NCBI GenBank assembly: GCA_001774685.1
Contig: MFAS01000001.1
Span: 91,489 to 155,488 of the forward strand
From: Candidatus Collierbacteria bacterium RIFOXYD2_FULL_45_13
GTDB lineage: Bacteria > Patescibacteriota > Microgenomatia > UBA1400 > MFAQ01
Length of the DNA stretch: 64,000 nt
Direction: 5' to 3'
Shown: one piece after another, positions 48,482 to 57,204 of the stretch
How positions within the stretch are numbered: position 1 is the first letter of the stretch
How the letters are laid out: each line of letters begins with the position of its first letter
Position numbers and translations under genes: made by a program
The notes under the pieces: generated by a model
Databases searched by the model: none
Told to the model about the DNA's origin: nothing
What the model saw: the letters and a program-made list of their open reading frames with translations, nothing else

Positions 48482-48538
48482 TTAGAATTTAGACACAAGC
48501 TGTGACATTTGCCATACCAGACTATTCCTTACATACAT

Positions 48539-49189
48539 TTAATTACAAAACCATGATCTCTCACATCTGGTAGTGCAGGTGCCAGTAAAGCTATTGCAGT
48601 TCTCCTTACAGCACATTGGTGCCTCCATGGGCTTAACTGTTGGGATTTGAATTGGCTGTTGGATTCGAACATTTGTAACGGGAGCTGGTTTGTTGCTTTG
48701 TGCGTACTCCTGCTGTTTCAGCTTGCACTCATCTTTATCCAAAGTTATGTTTACATTACCCACCCCGCAACATGTCGAATTAACACAAGCGCTTTGTTTC
48801 ATTCTCTTCGTACCCCCACCACATTTTTCATGCAAAGGGCAATCTATCAGAGGGTCTGATTGATCTATCTTGGTATTGGTTTTGCTAAGGTCAGCACTTG
48901 GGATTGAGTACAAGACAAAAAAGAACAAAACAAAGACACCGCCAGACACTCCTAGCATTTTCCAGTCTTTATTTCTAAGGACAGAGACAAAAAACAGTAA
49001 AAATCCAATTACCCCAACGAGTATGCCTAATAAGAGTAGGAGCATGTTGAAACCACTTCCGTTTAAAAAGTTTCCACTTACCGAAAGAATTGAGATATAA
49101 AAGATAGCAATTCCTGACAACCAAAGATAAAAATATTGTCTACTGTGGTTGACAGCGTGACTATTCCTTGTCGACTTACCTTTTTTCAT
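48539..49189 (-). CDS. Three-TM protein with a Cys-rich C-terminal domain
   Basis: Three TMs, then DPLIDC...C...C..STCC and a CC...C...C...C...C tail. Confidence 0.65.
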   Translation of the reverse strand: MKKGKSTRNSHAVNHSRQYFYLWLSGIAIFYISILSVSGNFLNGSGFNMLLLLLGILVGVIGFLLFFVSVLRNKDWKMLGVSGGVFVLFFFVLYSIPSADLSKTNTKIDQSDPLIDCPLHEKCGGGTKRMKQSACVNSTCCGVGNVNITLDKDECKLKQQEYAQSNKPAPVTNVRIQQPIQIPTVKPMEAPMCCKENCNSFTGTCTTRCERSWFCN

Positions 49190-49196
49190 CTTACAT

Positions 49197-49400
49197 TCAG
49201 TTTACACCTGTCATTTTAATGAGATCAGTCATTTTATACCTTCTATCACCTCTTATACCAAACCTGATGGCCTTCAAAATCCCTTTCTTATCCCAAAGCC
49301 TCAAGGTATTTGGGTGAACTCTCAATATTTTGCATGCCTCAGATAGGGTCACAATTTCATTTAATTTCTTTTTCATAGCCATAATTTTTACCAAGTACAA
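49197..49400 (-). CDS. MerR/excisionase-type HTH DNA-binding protein
   Basis: TLSEACKILRVHPNTLRLWDKKG...RGDRRY. Confidence 0.85.
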   Translation of the reverse strand: MYLVKIMAMKKKLNEIVTLSEACKILRVHPNTLRLWDKKGILKAIRFGIRGDRRYKMTDLIKMTGVN

Positions 49401-50107
49401 TACTTTCCAGTCAACTCGTTAAACCTGCCTCTTTGAGACGAGATGGTCTGCATTCGATAATAATCGATTGGGTCTGAAGTTTTAATTCCATACTGTAAAA
49501 GCCTTTCGGATCTGTTTTGATCATTATCTCTTCTCCAATCTTGACATTCTTTTATCTCAGCATCTGCTCCTCTACGATGACATTTCGAATCCATCTCTAG
49601 AAATGCAACTTCCTCTTCATATTTCTTAAGATCTGAATACACCTTTGTTAACTGTTCACCTGTACATATGGCGGGAACAATTTCCCCCTTTATTTCTCGT
49701 GGAACAGCTATTTGCTGGGTTGGACTAGTAATAGAAAACTTTGGAACAGGAAATTTTTGGAACTTAGAAAGAAAATACTTATCATATTCACGAATCATAT
49801 CTGGCGAGTTCATAATTCTATCAATACTCGCCTTTTCAGTTAATCCAAAAAAATTTCTCAGGACATCTTCAGTAATTGAAGTCGTTGGGTGAAGAATTTT
49901 TGTCGGTGTCACTGATGGTTTTCTGGTTGGATAGTTTGTCGGTTTATTTACAACTGGTGAATCAGGCGCAACCAATGTTACGGTTGGCATTACAATCTCT
50001 GTCGATTCCGTAGCTACTGGTGTGTATTTCTCTATTTGTTTGGGTTGATGACTAAATAAGCTTGAAATAGACACAAACATTGCAACAAAAAAGTTTCTCA
50101 TAACCAT
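49388..50107 (-). CDS. Secreted hypothetical protein
   Basis: Signal-like N-terminus, Thr/Pro linker, Cys residues. Confidence 0.6.
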   Translation of the reverse strand: MVMRNFFVAMFVSISSLFSHQPKQIEKYTPVATESTEIVMPTVTLVAPDSPVVNKPTNYPTRKPSVTPTKILHPTTSITEDVLRNFFGLTEKASIDRIMNSPDMIREYDKYFLSKFQKFPVPKFSITSPTQQIAVPREIKGEIVPAICTGEQLTKVYSDLKKYEEEVAFLEMDSKCHRRGADAEIKECQDWRRDNDQNRSERLLQYGIKTSDPIDYYRMQTISSQRGRFNELTGKYCTW

Positions 50108-50152
50108 ATCTTACTTGATATTACCTCACAATAAAATACAATATACCTCATC

Positions 50153-50956
50153 ATGAATATAAAGATTATTGAACCAACTTTTATGGCAAGAGAGATCAGA
50201 AAAGTTACTTCATACGAAAAGATTTTTTTAAACATACTTGAAGATGATGCTTACTTTGAGACTAAAGTATTATCTGCAAGAAAAATGCTTGGTATACCTG
50301 AAAACGGATTTGATATTCAGATAAATGTTCTATCCAAAGATTTCCTTAGTGATGTCCTAATGTCTGAAAGAGGGAAGCCACTTATGGAACTGTTAAAACA
50401 CACTGGTCTAAGTCGGCAAAAACACGAGAGACTACTTAGAAAACTGACCCAAGAAATTTGCAACGAGTATCAAATGCACCTTGGTCGATGGGAATTCCCA
50501 ATATCGCTACTAATCATATACAACAAGTTAATTATGTATACAGGAACAAATTTACCTAAAGTTAATCTTGTAAGTGGTTCTGAGGTGTCAGGAAAAACTC
50601 CTTATAGATATCAAATACCTGACAGTTTTGTCTATTTGGAAATAGAAGATATTCTCACAAAAACAGAGTTAATAAGAAGCGTAAAAAAACTTTGGCCCAA
50701 AATAAACAAAATGTTAAAAAAATACAGAAGTCCAATCACATCTGTTCCAAGAATAAAGATTCAAGATCCTACGCTTGAAATCTATAGATTTATATTCCAA
50801 CAAAGACAAAATGAAGACGCTACTTTTACTCAAATTGCTGACAAAATATCCGACAAGTACAACAAACAGTTTTCCGATAACCAAGCCAACATTTATTTCA
50901 CAAGATATCTTGAAACCATAAATAGCCTCAGAAAATCTACCACATCTCAGACATAA
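50153..50956 (+). CDS. Hypothetical protein with a possible C-terminal HTH
   Basis: ATFTQIADKI segment; divergent from the HTH operon; followed by a palindrome. Confidence 0.6.
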   Translation: MNIKIIEPTFMAREIRKVTSYEKIFLNILEDDAYFETKVLSARKMLGIPENGFDIQINVLSKDFLSDVLMSERGKPLMELLKHTGLSRQKHERLLRKLTQEICNEYQMHLGRWEFPISLLIIYNKLIMYTGTNLPKVNLVSGSEVSGKTPYRYQIPDSFVYLEIEDILTKTELIRSVKKLWPKINKMLKKYRSPITSVPRIKIQDPTLEIYRFIFQQRQNEDATFTQIADKISDKYNKQFSDNQANIYFTRYLETINSLRKSTTSQT

Positions 50957-50968
50957 CAACTGTTATGT
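50951..50968. promoter_or_regulatory. Palindromic operator-like site
   Basis: ACATAACA-AC-TGTTATGT upstream of the island's small-gene operon. Confidence 0.4.
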
Positions 50969-51013
50969 TTATCTTTTGATGTATTAAGTTCATCCATAAA
51001 AAGTTAGATTTGC

Positions 51014-51271
51014 TTGTTATTAAAACAGGCAAATATGAATATAAACAATTTCTTTGTTTCAGCAGATCTTCCCTTAGTCACCACCATCTCCCTTTATTAC
51101 CCAATAGACGCCCTCGACAGATCTAGCCCTCCAAGAGTTCAATTTCTTTTTAAGAGGGATGGCGATCTCGATAAGCTGGTTGAGGCTTTCTGGAAAGACG
51201 AACTCAGAGTCAGTCCTCAAATCTTTTTCAACCAACTGAAAATTATTAAGTCTAGGATTCACAACAACTAG
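51014..51271 (+). CDS. DUF5659-like small protein (start probably the ATG near 51034)
   Basis: ADLPLVT...RVQFLF...VEAFW...VSPQIFFNQLKIIKSRI pattern. Confidence 0.6.
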   Translation: MLLKQANMNINNFFVSADLPLVTTISLYYPIDALDRSSPPRVQFLFKRDGDLDKLVEAFWKDELRVSPQIFFNQLKIIKSRIHNN

Positions 51272-51272
51272 T

Positions 51273-51452
51273 ATGTTGAGTCCAGCGTTGATCTCCGAAC
51301 TCCAACAGATTCTTATCTCCGACTTTGGAATCAATGCTGATTTAAAAGAAACTACCAATATCGGCAATTCTCTGGCTAAGTATTTCGAAATATTAATAAA
51401 CATAAACAAAAATGAAAAACCTCAAGTCCCAACCAAAAAACGCAATTATTAA
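51273..51452 (+). CDS. Small hypothetical protein (59 aa; not in the ORF track)
   Basis: MLSPALISELQQILISDFG...IGNSLAKYFEILI; starts 1 nt after the upstream stop. Confidence 0.6.
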   Translation: MLSPALISELQQILISDFGINADLKETTNIGNSLAKYFEILININKNEKPQVPTKKRNY

Positions 51453-51612
51453 ACTCCACAGAGTGCTGGAACAGGCTATCAAAGCCAAGTGCTACGACTG
51501 CCAGTGTGGGCAAAAGAAACTAGACTGCGAAATCATAGCCTGTCCACTTTACTTACTAAGACCATGGGCAAACAAGAAGTATAGGAAAAATAAACAAATT
51601 TCCCAAGGCTAA
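51412..51612 (+). CDS. Small Cys-rich protein
   Basis: AIKAKCYDC...C...CPLY. Confidence 0.55.
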   Translation: MKNLKSQPKNAIIKLHRVLEQAIKAKCYDCQCGQKKLDCEIIACPLYLLRPWANKKYRKNKQISQG

Positions 51613-51643
51613 ATAATAAATAATTTGATTCCTAGTAATAAAT

Positions 51644-51997
51644 ATGAATATAGACATACAAGACATCAAAGTAAAAATCAAAATCCTCAAAGGAGCCGGG
51701 AAAACACTTGCTCAAGCCTCCATAACACTGTTTGACTGCTGGACGGAACATGGATGGCGAATAATGACCTCTGAACACCTCGATCCCATCCTTCAAGAAT
51801 ATATATGGATTCAATCCCCTTGTTTTAAAGCTGGCTTCTCTTGGAAAGAAATGGTCTTTATCGAACCCAAAGAACAATATGAAAAAGTTTACGAAAAAAT
51901 CTACGACGCATATAGAATCGCCAAATACAAGGAACCACAGGAAGATGAAGCAGAAAAAATATTCACCGACTCAAAAACGAATGAACCACCTTTCTAG
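51644..51997 (+). CDS. Hypothetical protein, SpoVG/ssDNA-binding-like
   Basis: LAQASITL...GWRIM...WIQSP; acidic C-terminus ending in PF. Confidence 0.5.
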   Translation: MNIDIQDIKVKIKILKGAGKTLAQASITLFDCWTEHGWRIMTSEHLDPILQEYIWIQSPCFKAGFSWKEMVFIEPKEQYEKVYEKIYDAYRIAKYKEPQEDEAEKIFTDSKTNEPPF

Positions 51998-52002
51998 ACA
52001 CA

Positions 52003-52085
52003 TAGTAACTAATAGAGTTACTTATATAGTTACTCTATATAGTAACTATATTGTTTCTCTAAATAGAGTATCTATAAAAGTTACT
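52003..52085. repeat. AT-rich iteron-like AGT(T/A)ACT repeat cluster
   Basis: TAGTAACT 52003, GAGTTACT 52015, TAGTTACT 52027, TAGTAACT 52040, AAGTTACT 52078. Confidence 0.6.
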
Positions 52086-52129
52086 GTACCCGAAAGTATT
52101 AGAATCTCTAATTATTTCGGATAAACAAA

Positions 52130-52744
52130 ATGGGTAGATATTCGTATTCAAGCAAGTCAGAAGCCGACTCACTAAAAAGCGTCAGTGTCTATTGGCTAAA
52201 TAAATATAAATATCTAGAACCTGGCTATACAAAATCGGGTGGAATTGTATGGACTAGGTCAAATGGATCGAAAAACGACATCAGAATTTGTGTTTCCATC
52301 CCCGATCTTTATGTTCAATTCAAATATATTCAAACAGATCGTGAAACCGGAGAGAAAAAAGACTTTGACTACAAGATTCCACTCATCACGTCAGTATGCC
52401 ACTTTGGTGGAATAAGATATTGGTTCAAATGCAGTATGTATAAAAGCGGAAAGTTCTGTGGTCGGAGAGTAGCTACTGTTTACAAAGATGGAGACTACTT
52501 TGCTTGTAGGCATTGTTACGATCTCACATATTCGAGCAAAAAAGAAAATTATAAGGGTTTCTTTGGAATGTTGACAAAATTAATCTATGAAGAAAAAAGA
52601 ATGGAAGCAATTAGAGACTCTCTCAAGAGAAAGACCTACGCTGGCAGACCAACCAAAAAAGTTCGAAGGTTCCTCCGACTCGCTAGTCATCATCCGGAAA
52701 AGGTTCATGAGCTAATCGACCAAAATATATATCGAGCTCGTTGA
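52130..52744 (+). CDS. Zn-finger hypothetical protein of mobile-element type
   Basis: FGGIRYWFKC...CGRRVATVY...FACRHCYDLTY. Confidence 0.7.
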   Translation: MGRYSYSSKSEADSLKSVSVYWLNKYKYLEPGYTKSGGIVWTRSNGSKNDIRICVSIPDLYVQFKYIQTDRETGEKKDFDYKIPLITSVCHFGGIRYWFKCSMYKSGKFCGRRVATVYKDGDYFACRHCYDLTYSSKKENYKGFFGMLTKLIYEEKRMEAIRDSLKRKTYAGRPTKKVRRFLRLASHHPEKVHELIDQNIYRAR

Positions 52745-52793
52745 TTTAACAATACTTGATAATAGATACCAAATAAACTAAACTAAAATAAAT

Positions 52794-54442
52794 ATGAAAA
52801 GTGTTGTTCTGTGTAGAGTTTCCAGCAAAGAGCAAGAAGAAACCGGATATTCTTTGGGGGCACAGGAAAAGTTCCTGAACTCTTATAGAGAGAAACAAGG
52901 ATACCAACTCACAAAGCTCTTCTCTATCTCCGAATCAGCCAGTGGTAAAAAACAAAGAGAGCTTTTTGATCAAATGATTTCATTCGTCAAGAAGAACGAA
53001 ATAAAGGTCATAATCTGCGAGAAAGTCGATCGTCTCACCAGGAATTTTAAAGACATGGTCATGATCGATGAGTGGTTGGAAGAAGATGAAAGCAGGCAAG
53101 TCCACCTAGTCAAAGACTCTCTAATAATTCATAAAAACTCTCGATCTCAAGAAAAACTCAATTGGGGTATTCGAATCCTGTTCGCCAAAAATTATGTCGA
53201 CAACCTATCGGAAGAAGTCAAAAAAGGGCAAAAAGAAAAGATTTCTCAAGGCTGGCTACCAACAAAACCACCGTATGGATATAAAACCATTGGAGAGAGC
53301 GGACACAAAGAACACATCATTGATGACCGAATTGCTCCGCACATAAAAAGAATGTTTGACCTGTACTCTACCGGGATCTATTCCATCAAACGAATAGTCG
53401 AGGTTATATATCAAGAGGGACTAAGATCACATAAAGGAAATAAACTCACAAAGAGTCGAGTTGGTGAACTCCTATCCGATCCGTTTTATATCGGGAAAAA
53501 TGTATGGAATGGTTCTGAATATATCGGAAAACAAGAACATCTGATTTCAGAAGAAACATTTGCGAAGGTACAACAAGTTTTAAAAGGAAAAACAAACCCA
53601 AAATACAGCAAGCACGATTTCCTTTTCAAGGGTCTGATTAAATGTCAGGAGTGTCATGGTACTATCACATGGGAAACTCAAAAAGGAATCATCTATGGCC
53701 ACTGTAATCACTATCGAAACTGTTCTCAAAAAACCTGGTCAAAAGAAAAGGATACAGAAGAAACGGTTCTTAAGGGTCTGGAAAGTTTGAAACTGTATAG
53801 TCCTAAGCTCACAGAATGGATAAGAAAAGCGTTAAAAGAAAGTCACCAGTCAGAGATTGAATACCACGAATCAACGCAAACAGAACTAAAACAAAAATAC
53901 GACCAAGTACAGAATAGATTAGACCGACTCTTCGATGAAAAGATTGATGGAAATATCGAGGATGCGTTCTATAAAAGAAGTTCACTCAGTATTCCGAGGA
54001 AAAAGAAGCCATCCTAAGTAGCATTAGACGACATTCAGAGTCCTCCACGAACTATCTTCAGAAATGTCTAGCTGTCTATGATATTTCACAAAATGCCACC
54101 GGGTCATACTCAAACGGAACTGTAGAACAAAAACACGAGTTAATAAATCTAGTCTTTAAGTCCCTGACTCTAAATAATGGGGTGCTTGGATACTCCTACA
54201 ATGATCATTTTGACCTGCTACACAAAGCTGTTCAAGCCACCAATAGTTCGAAAGTCGAAAAAACAGTCTCAGAAGACTCTATTATTTTCGAACTAGGTAA
54301 AAAGACGGATAAATCGAACATTAAAGGCCGGATATTACCCACCCGACCTGTTTGGCTCCCCCGCGTGGACTCGAACCACGGACATCCTCCTTACAAGTGC
54401 CCTCAACTTTCGAAGAGGCTTGGACTATCTCATCACCGCTGA
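52794..54442 (+). pseudogene. Large serine recombinase, frameshifted at ~53975; C-terminal frame runs antisense into tRNA-Asn
   Basis: CRVSSKEQ, SESASG, EKVDRLTRN, PPYGY, zinc ribbon CQEC...CNH..C; the -1 frame is open from 53975 to TGA at 54442 (WLPRVDSNH). Confidence 0.85.
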
Positions 54443-54650
54443 GCGGTGTCAGGCGTATAGTCTCTGAACCTTCCGATCAACAAACACAGGGGTTTACCCT
54501 GAGCCTGCCGAAGGGCTTGGCTGCGGATTACCATGGCCTTTCGGTCAACAGGCTTCCCGACAGTTAACCCGATTTTCCACCCAAAATTGCTTTCAGGCGC
54601 TGCAAGTTATGTATTACAGGGAGGCGCTCTACCAACTGAGCTACAGGGGA
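54353..54650 (-). tRNA. tRNA-Asn(GTT) interrupted by a group I intron (exons 54650-54616 and 54393-54353)
   Basis: TCCCCTG/CGGGGGA acceptor stem, G73, CCA; CCTCC/GGAGG anticodon stem; spliced loop CTGT|TAA. Confidence 0.92.
54394..54615 (-). ncRNA. Group I self-splicing intron (222 nt)
   Basis: P1 CUGU|AA/UUGCAG with U-G at the 5' splice site; P AACUGUCGGGAA, Q AAUCCGCAGC, R UUCAGAGACUA, S AGAUAGUCC; terminal G. Confidence 0.9.
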
Positions 54651-54680
54651 ATATAAACGAACCTAGTTATTTTACCAACC

Positions 54681-54992
54681 TCACGCCTTTCCCGCAAGGC
54701 TAATATAGCCAGAATGGACCTCTCTGTGGCAATTTGCACACAACAAAACACATTTTAGGACTTCTTCTTTTGTTTTCTCCCACGATCTAGTCAAGCCTCT
54801 ATCTGACAAACCAAACTCTTTGGTCGACCCCTCTATGTGATGGAAATCGAGCGCTTTTATCGCTCTACAATACCCACAAACCACACATTTTCCACCCAAT
54901 AAGTCCACAGCCATTTGTCTTAATTTCTTTCTACGTTTTTTGACAGATCTAATATTACTTTCCCTTACATCAGCATATTTTCTGGTCTCCAT
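54681..54992 (-). CDS. HNH endonuclease-like protein
   Basis: GGKCVVCGY, LDFHH, KCVLLCANCHREVH. Confidence 0.85.
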   Translation of the reverse strand: METRKYADVRESNIRSVKKRRKKLRQMAVDLLGGKCVVCGYCRAIKALDFHHIEGSTKEFGLSDRGLTRSWEKTKEEVLKCVLLCANCHREVHSGYISLAGKA

Positions 54993-55062
54993 CCATATTC
55001 AATTTACCATAAAAAAACCGAAGCTTCAGAGCCAAATTTGGAAACTTAACTATATCCGAATA

Positions 55063-55389
55063 TCAAACCAACTTCCCTAAAACGACGTTCAACAAAGCGA
55101 GCACTACTGCCGCTATAAGTGCCGCTCCGAACCCGTCCACCTTAAACCCGGTTACAAAATTACTCATCAACATTATTAAAAAGGCGTTTATGACAAAGGT
55201 AAATAGCCCCAAGGTCAGGATGTTTACGGGCAAGGTTAACAGAATCAAGATTGGTCTCAAAACAATAGACAGTACCCCCCACACAATAGCCACCACCGCC
55301 AGAGCTTGAAAGTTGGCAATACGCACCCCAGGAACAATATAAGCAGTCACATAAAAAGCCAATGCGTTGACGATTAAGTTAATTAACAT
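55063..55389 (-). CDS. Four-TM phage-holin-family (YvlD-like) membrane protein
   Basis: RPILILLTLPVNILTLGLFTFVINA. Confidence 0.88.
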   Translation of the reverse strand: MLINLIVNALAFYVTAYIVPGVRIANFQALAVVAIVWGVLSIVLRPILILLTLPVNILTLGLFTFVINAFLIMLMSNFVTGFKVDGFGAALIAAVVLALLNVVLGKLV

Positions 55390-55454
55390 ACATCATCATA
55401 TTCACATTTCTTACCTCTTGTCAAATTAGTTACTTCAGTCATAATGGTCTCGGT

Positions 55455-56063
55455 ATGACCGAAAATCTAAAGGGTATTTCAGGGTCCATGTTCGCGGGAA
55501 AGACAGAGCTACTTCTCAAAGAAATATCCAGAACCGAAATGGCTGGATACAAAGTCCACGTTTTCAAACCATCAATTGATACTCGTTGGGGTCTTTACGA
55601 AATCCATTCTCATTCCGGCGGGAGTCATGCGGCTACACCCATAAACCATCCTTATGAAATAATTGAACAACTTGAAACCGATGCTGATTTAGTCGCCATC
55701 GATGAAATTCAGTTTTTCGAACCGGAAATTATTGATGTCGTAAGGTTTCTACTGGATCAGGATATCCGCGTCATATTCGCCGGACTCGCTCTAGATTTTC
55801 GAGGAGAATCATTTGGGTCCATGCCGGACCTTCTTGCACTTTGTGACGAAATAGAAAGACCCTCAGCTATCTGCCAATACCCAATACCGGAAAAGAAAAC
55901 TGGTAAATGCGGTGCAGGAGCCACGCGCACACAGCGCATCGTAAACGGCCAACCGGCTAATTATAATGACCCTATTGTTTTGATCGGAGCCTCACAAGAA
56001 TATGAGGCTCGTTGTCCAAATCACCACGAAGTTCCCGGGAAACCTAAACCAAAAATTAAATAG
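55455..56063 (+). CDS. tdk: Thymidine kinase
   Basis: GSMFAGKT, AIDEIQFF, AGLALDFRGESF, YEARC. Confidence 0.95.
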   Translation: MTENLKGISGSMFAGKTELLLKEISRTEMAGYKVHVFKPSIDTRWGLYEIHSHSGGSHAATPINHPYEIIEQLETDADLVAIDEIQFFEPEIIDVVRFLLDQDIRVIFAGLALDFRGESFGSMPDLLALCDEIERPSAICQYPIPEKKTGKCGAGATRTQRIVNGQPANYNDPIVLIGASQEYEARCPNHHEVPGKPKPKIK

Positions 56064-57167
56064 TTACTCCAAATAATCCTGTAATTTCCGTCTTCGAGAA
56101 GGATGGCGAAGTTTCCTTAGTGCCTTACTCTCTATCTGTCTAATTCTTTCTCGGGTCACTCCAAAAACTTTTCCCACTTCTTCCAGGGTCAGCGGTTTAC
56201 TTCCATCCAACCCAAATCTCATGCGGAGCACTTTACTTTCTCGTTCGGTTAACGAACCCAAAGCTTCTTCAAGATTTTCATGCATTAGTTGTCTGGAAGT
56301 AGCTTCGTATGGGGTCGCCTGTCTTTCATCTGGGATAAAGTCTCCGAGAAGCGAGTCTTCGTCGTCACCGATTGGGGTTTCGAGCGAGGTCGTCTTTTGG
56401 GCAATTTTCAAAATCTCTCTGACTTTCTCGGGAGTGGTCTCCAGCTCTTCAGCCACTTCTTCGTCGGTAGGTTCACGACCCAGATCCTGCATTAATTTTC
56501 TTTGTGTCCGGATTAGTTTGTTTATTGTCTCCACCATGTGTACCGGAATGCGGATGGTTCTGGCTTGGTCTGCTATCGCCCTGGTAATGGCCTGACGGAT
56601 CCACCAGGTTGCATAAGTTGAGAACTTGAATCCCTTGGTCCAGTCATACTTTTCTACCGCCCTGATCAAGCCTTTGTTTCCTTCTTGTATTAGGTCCAAA
56701 AAGCTCATGCCTCTCCCCATATACTTCTTGGCAATTGAAACCACTAACCTCAAATTGGACTTTGTTAGCATGTCTTTAGCCCTCTTATCTCCTCTTTCCA
56801 CTTTCTGAGCCAGAGCAATCTCTTCATCACGTTTCAGAAGTGGGATTCTTCCGATTTCCTTGAGGTACATGCGCACAGGATCGTTGACTTCTGTCTCTTC
56901 TAGCTTCGACAGAGATTCCAGCTCCTTCTCTAGGTCACTTGAGGCGGCGGCAATCTCCGCATCTTGTCCGGCCAAAACACTCTCAAACACGTCAATATCT
57001 GCCTTAAAAAGCAGCTCATAAAGATAATCAAGATCGTTTACTTGGGTCTCCGGTTGGGGAAAATACTCCAATATGTCATCCTGGGTCACAAACCCCTGCT
57101 CCTTCCCCAAGGCCAAAATGTCTCGAATTTTCAACTGAATGGATGAATCGCTCTTTTTATCGGCCAT
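56064..57167 (-). CDS. rpoD: Primary sigma factor
   Basis: [39 protein letters not shown]. Confidence 0.97.
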   Translation of the reverse strand: MADKKSDSSIQLKIRDILALGKEQGFVTQDDILEYFPQPETQVNDLDYLYELLFKADIDVFESVLAGQDAEIAAASSDLEKELESLSKLEETEVNDPVRMYLKEIGRIPLLKRDEEIALAQKVERGDKRAKDMLTKSNLRLVVSIAKKYMGRGMSFLDLIQEGNKGLIRAVEKYDWTKGFKFSTYATWWIRQAITRAIADQARTIRIPVHMVETINKLIRTQRKLMQDLGREPTDEEVAEELETTPEKVREILKIAQKTTSLETPIGDDEDSLLGDFIPDERQATPYEATSRQLMHENLEEALGSLTERESKVLRMRFGLDGSKPLTLEEVGKVFGVTRERIRQIESKALRKLRHPSRRRKLQDYLE

Positions 57168-57204
57168 AATATTCTCTCCTATTTTAACACAGTGGATCTC
57201 AAAA

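Larger units (their letters stand above)
43880..54376. mobile_element. Serine-recombinase integrative island at the tRNA-Asn 3' end
   Basis: Recombinase abutting the tRNA, excisionase-like HTH, AT-rich cargo, att-like GCTC...GGAC...TCGAAC motifs at 43880, 44417, 47250 and 54355. Confidence 0.7.

Noticed and set aside
54353-54650. Reading the split tRNA as Thr(TGT) or Tyr(GTA)
   Set aside because: Those triplets arise only at unspliced exon-intron borders. The U-G splice pair, terminal G and 7-nt loop give GTT, and G73 fits Asn.
55063-55389. Holin as evidence of a prophage
   Set aside because: The YvlD-like four-TM family is commonly chromosomal; it lies outside the island, and no endolysin or structural phage genes are seen.
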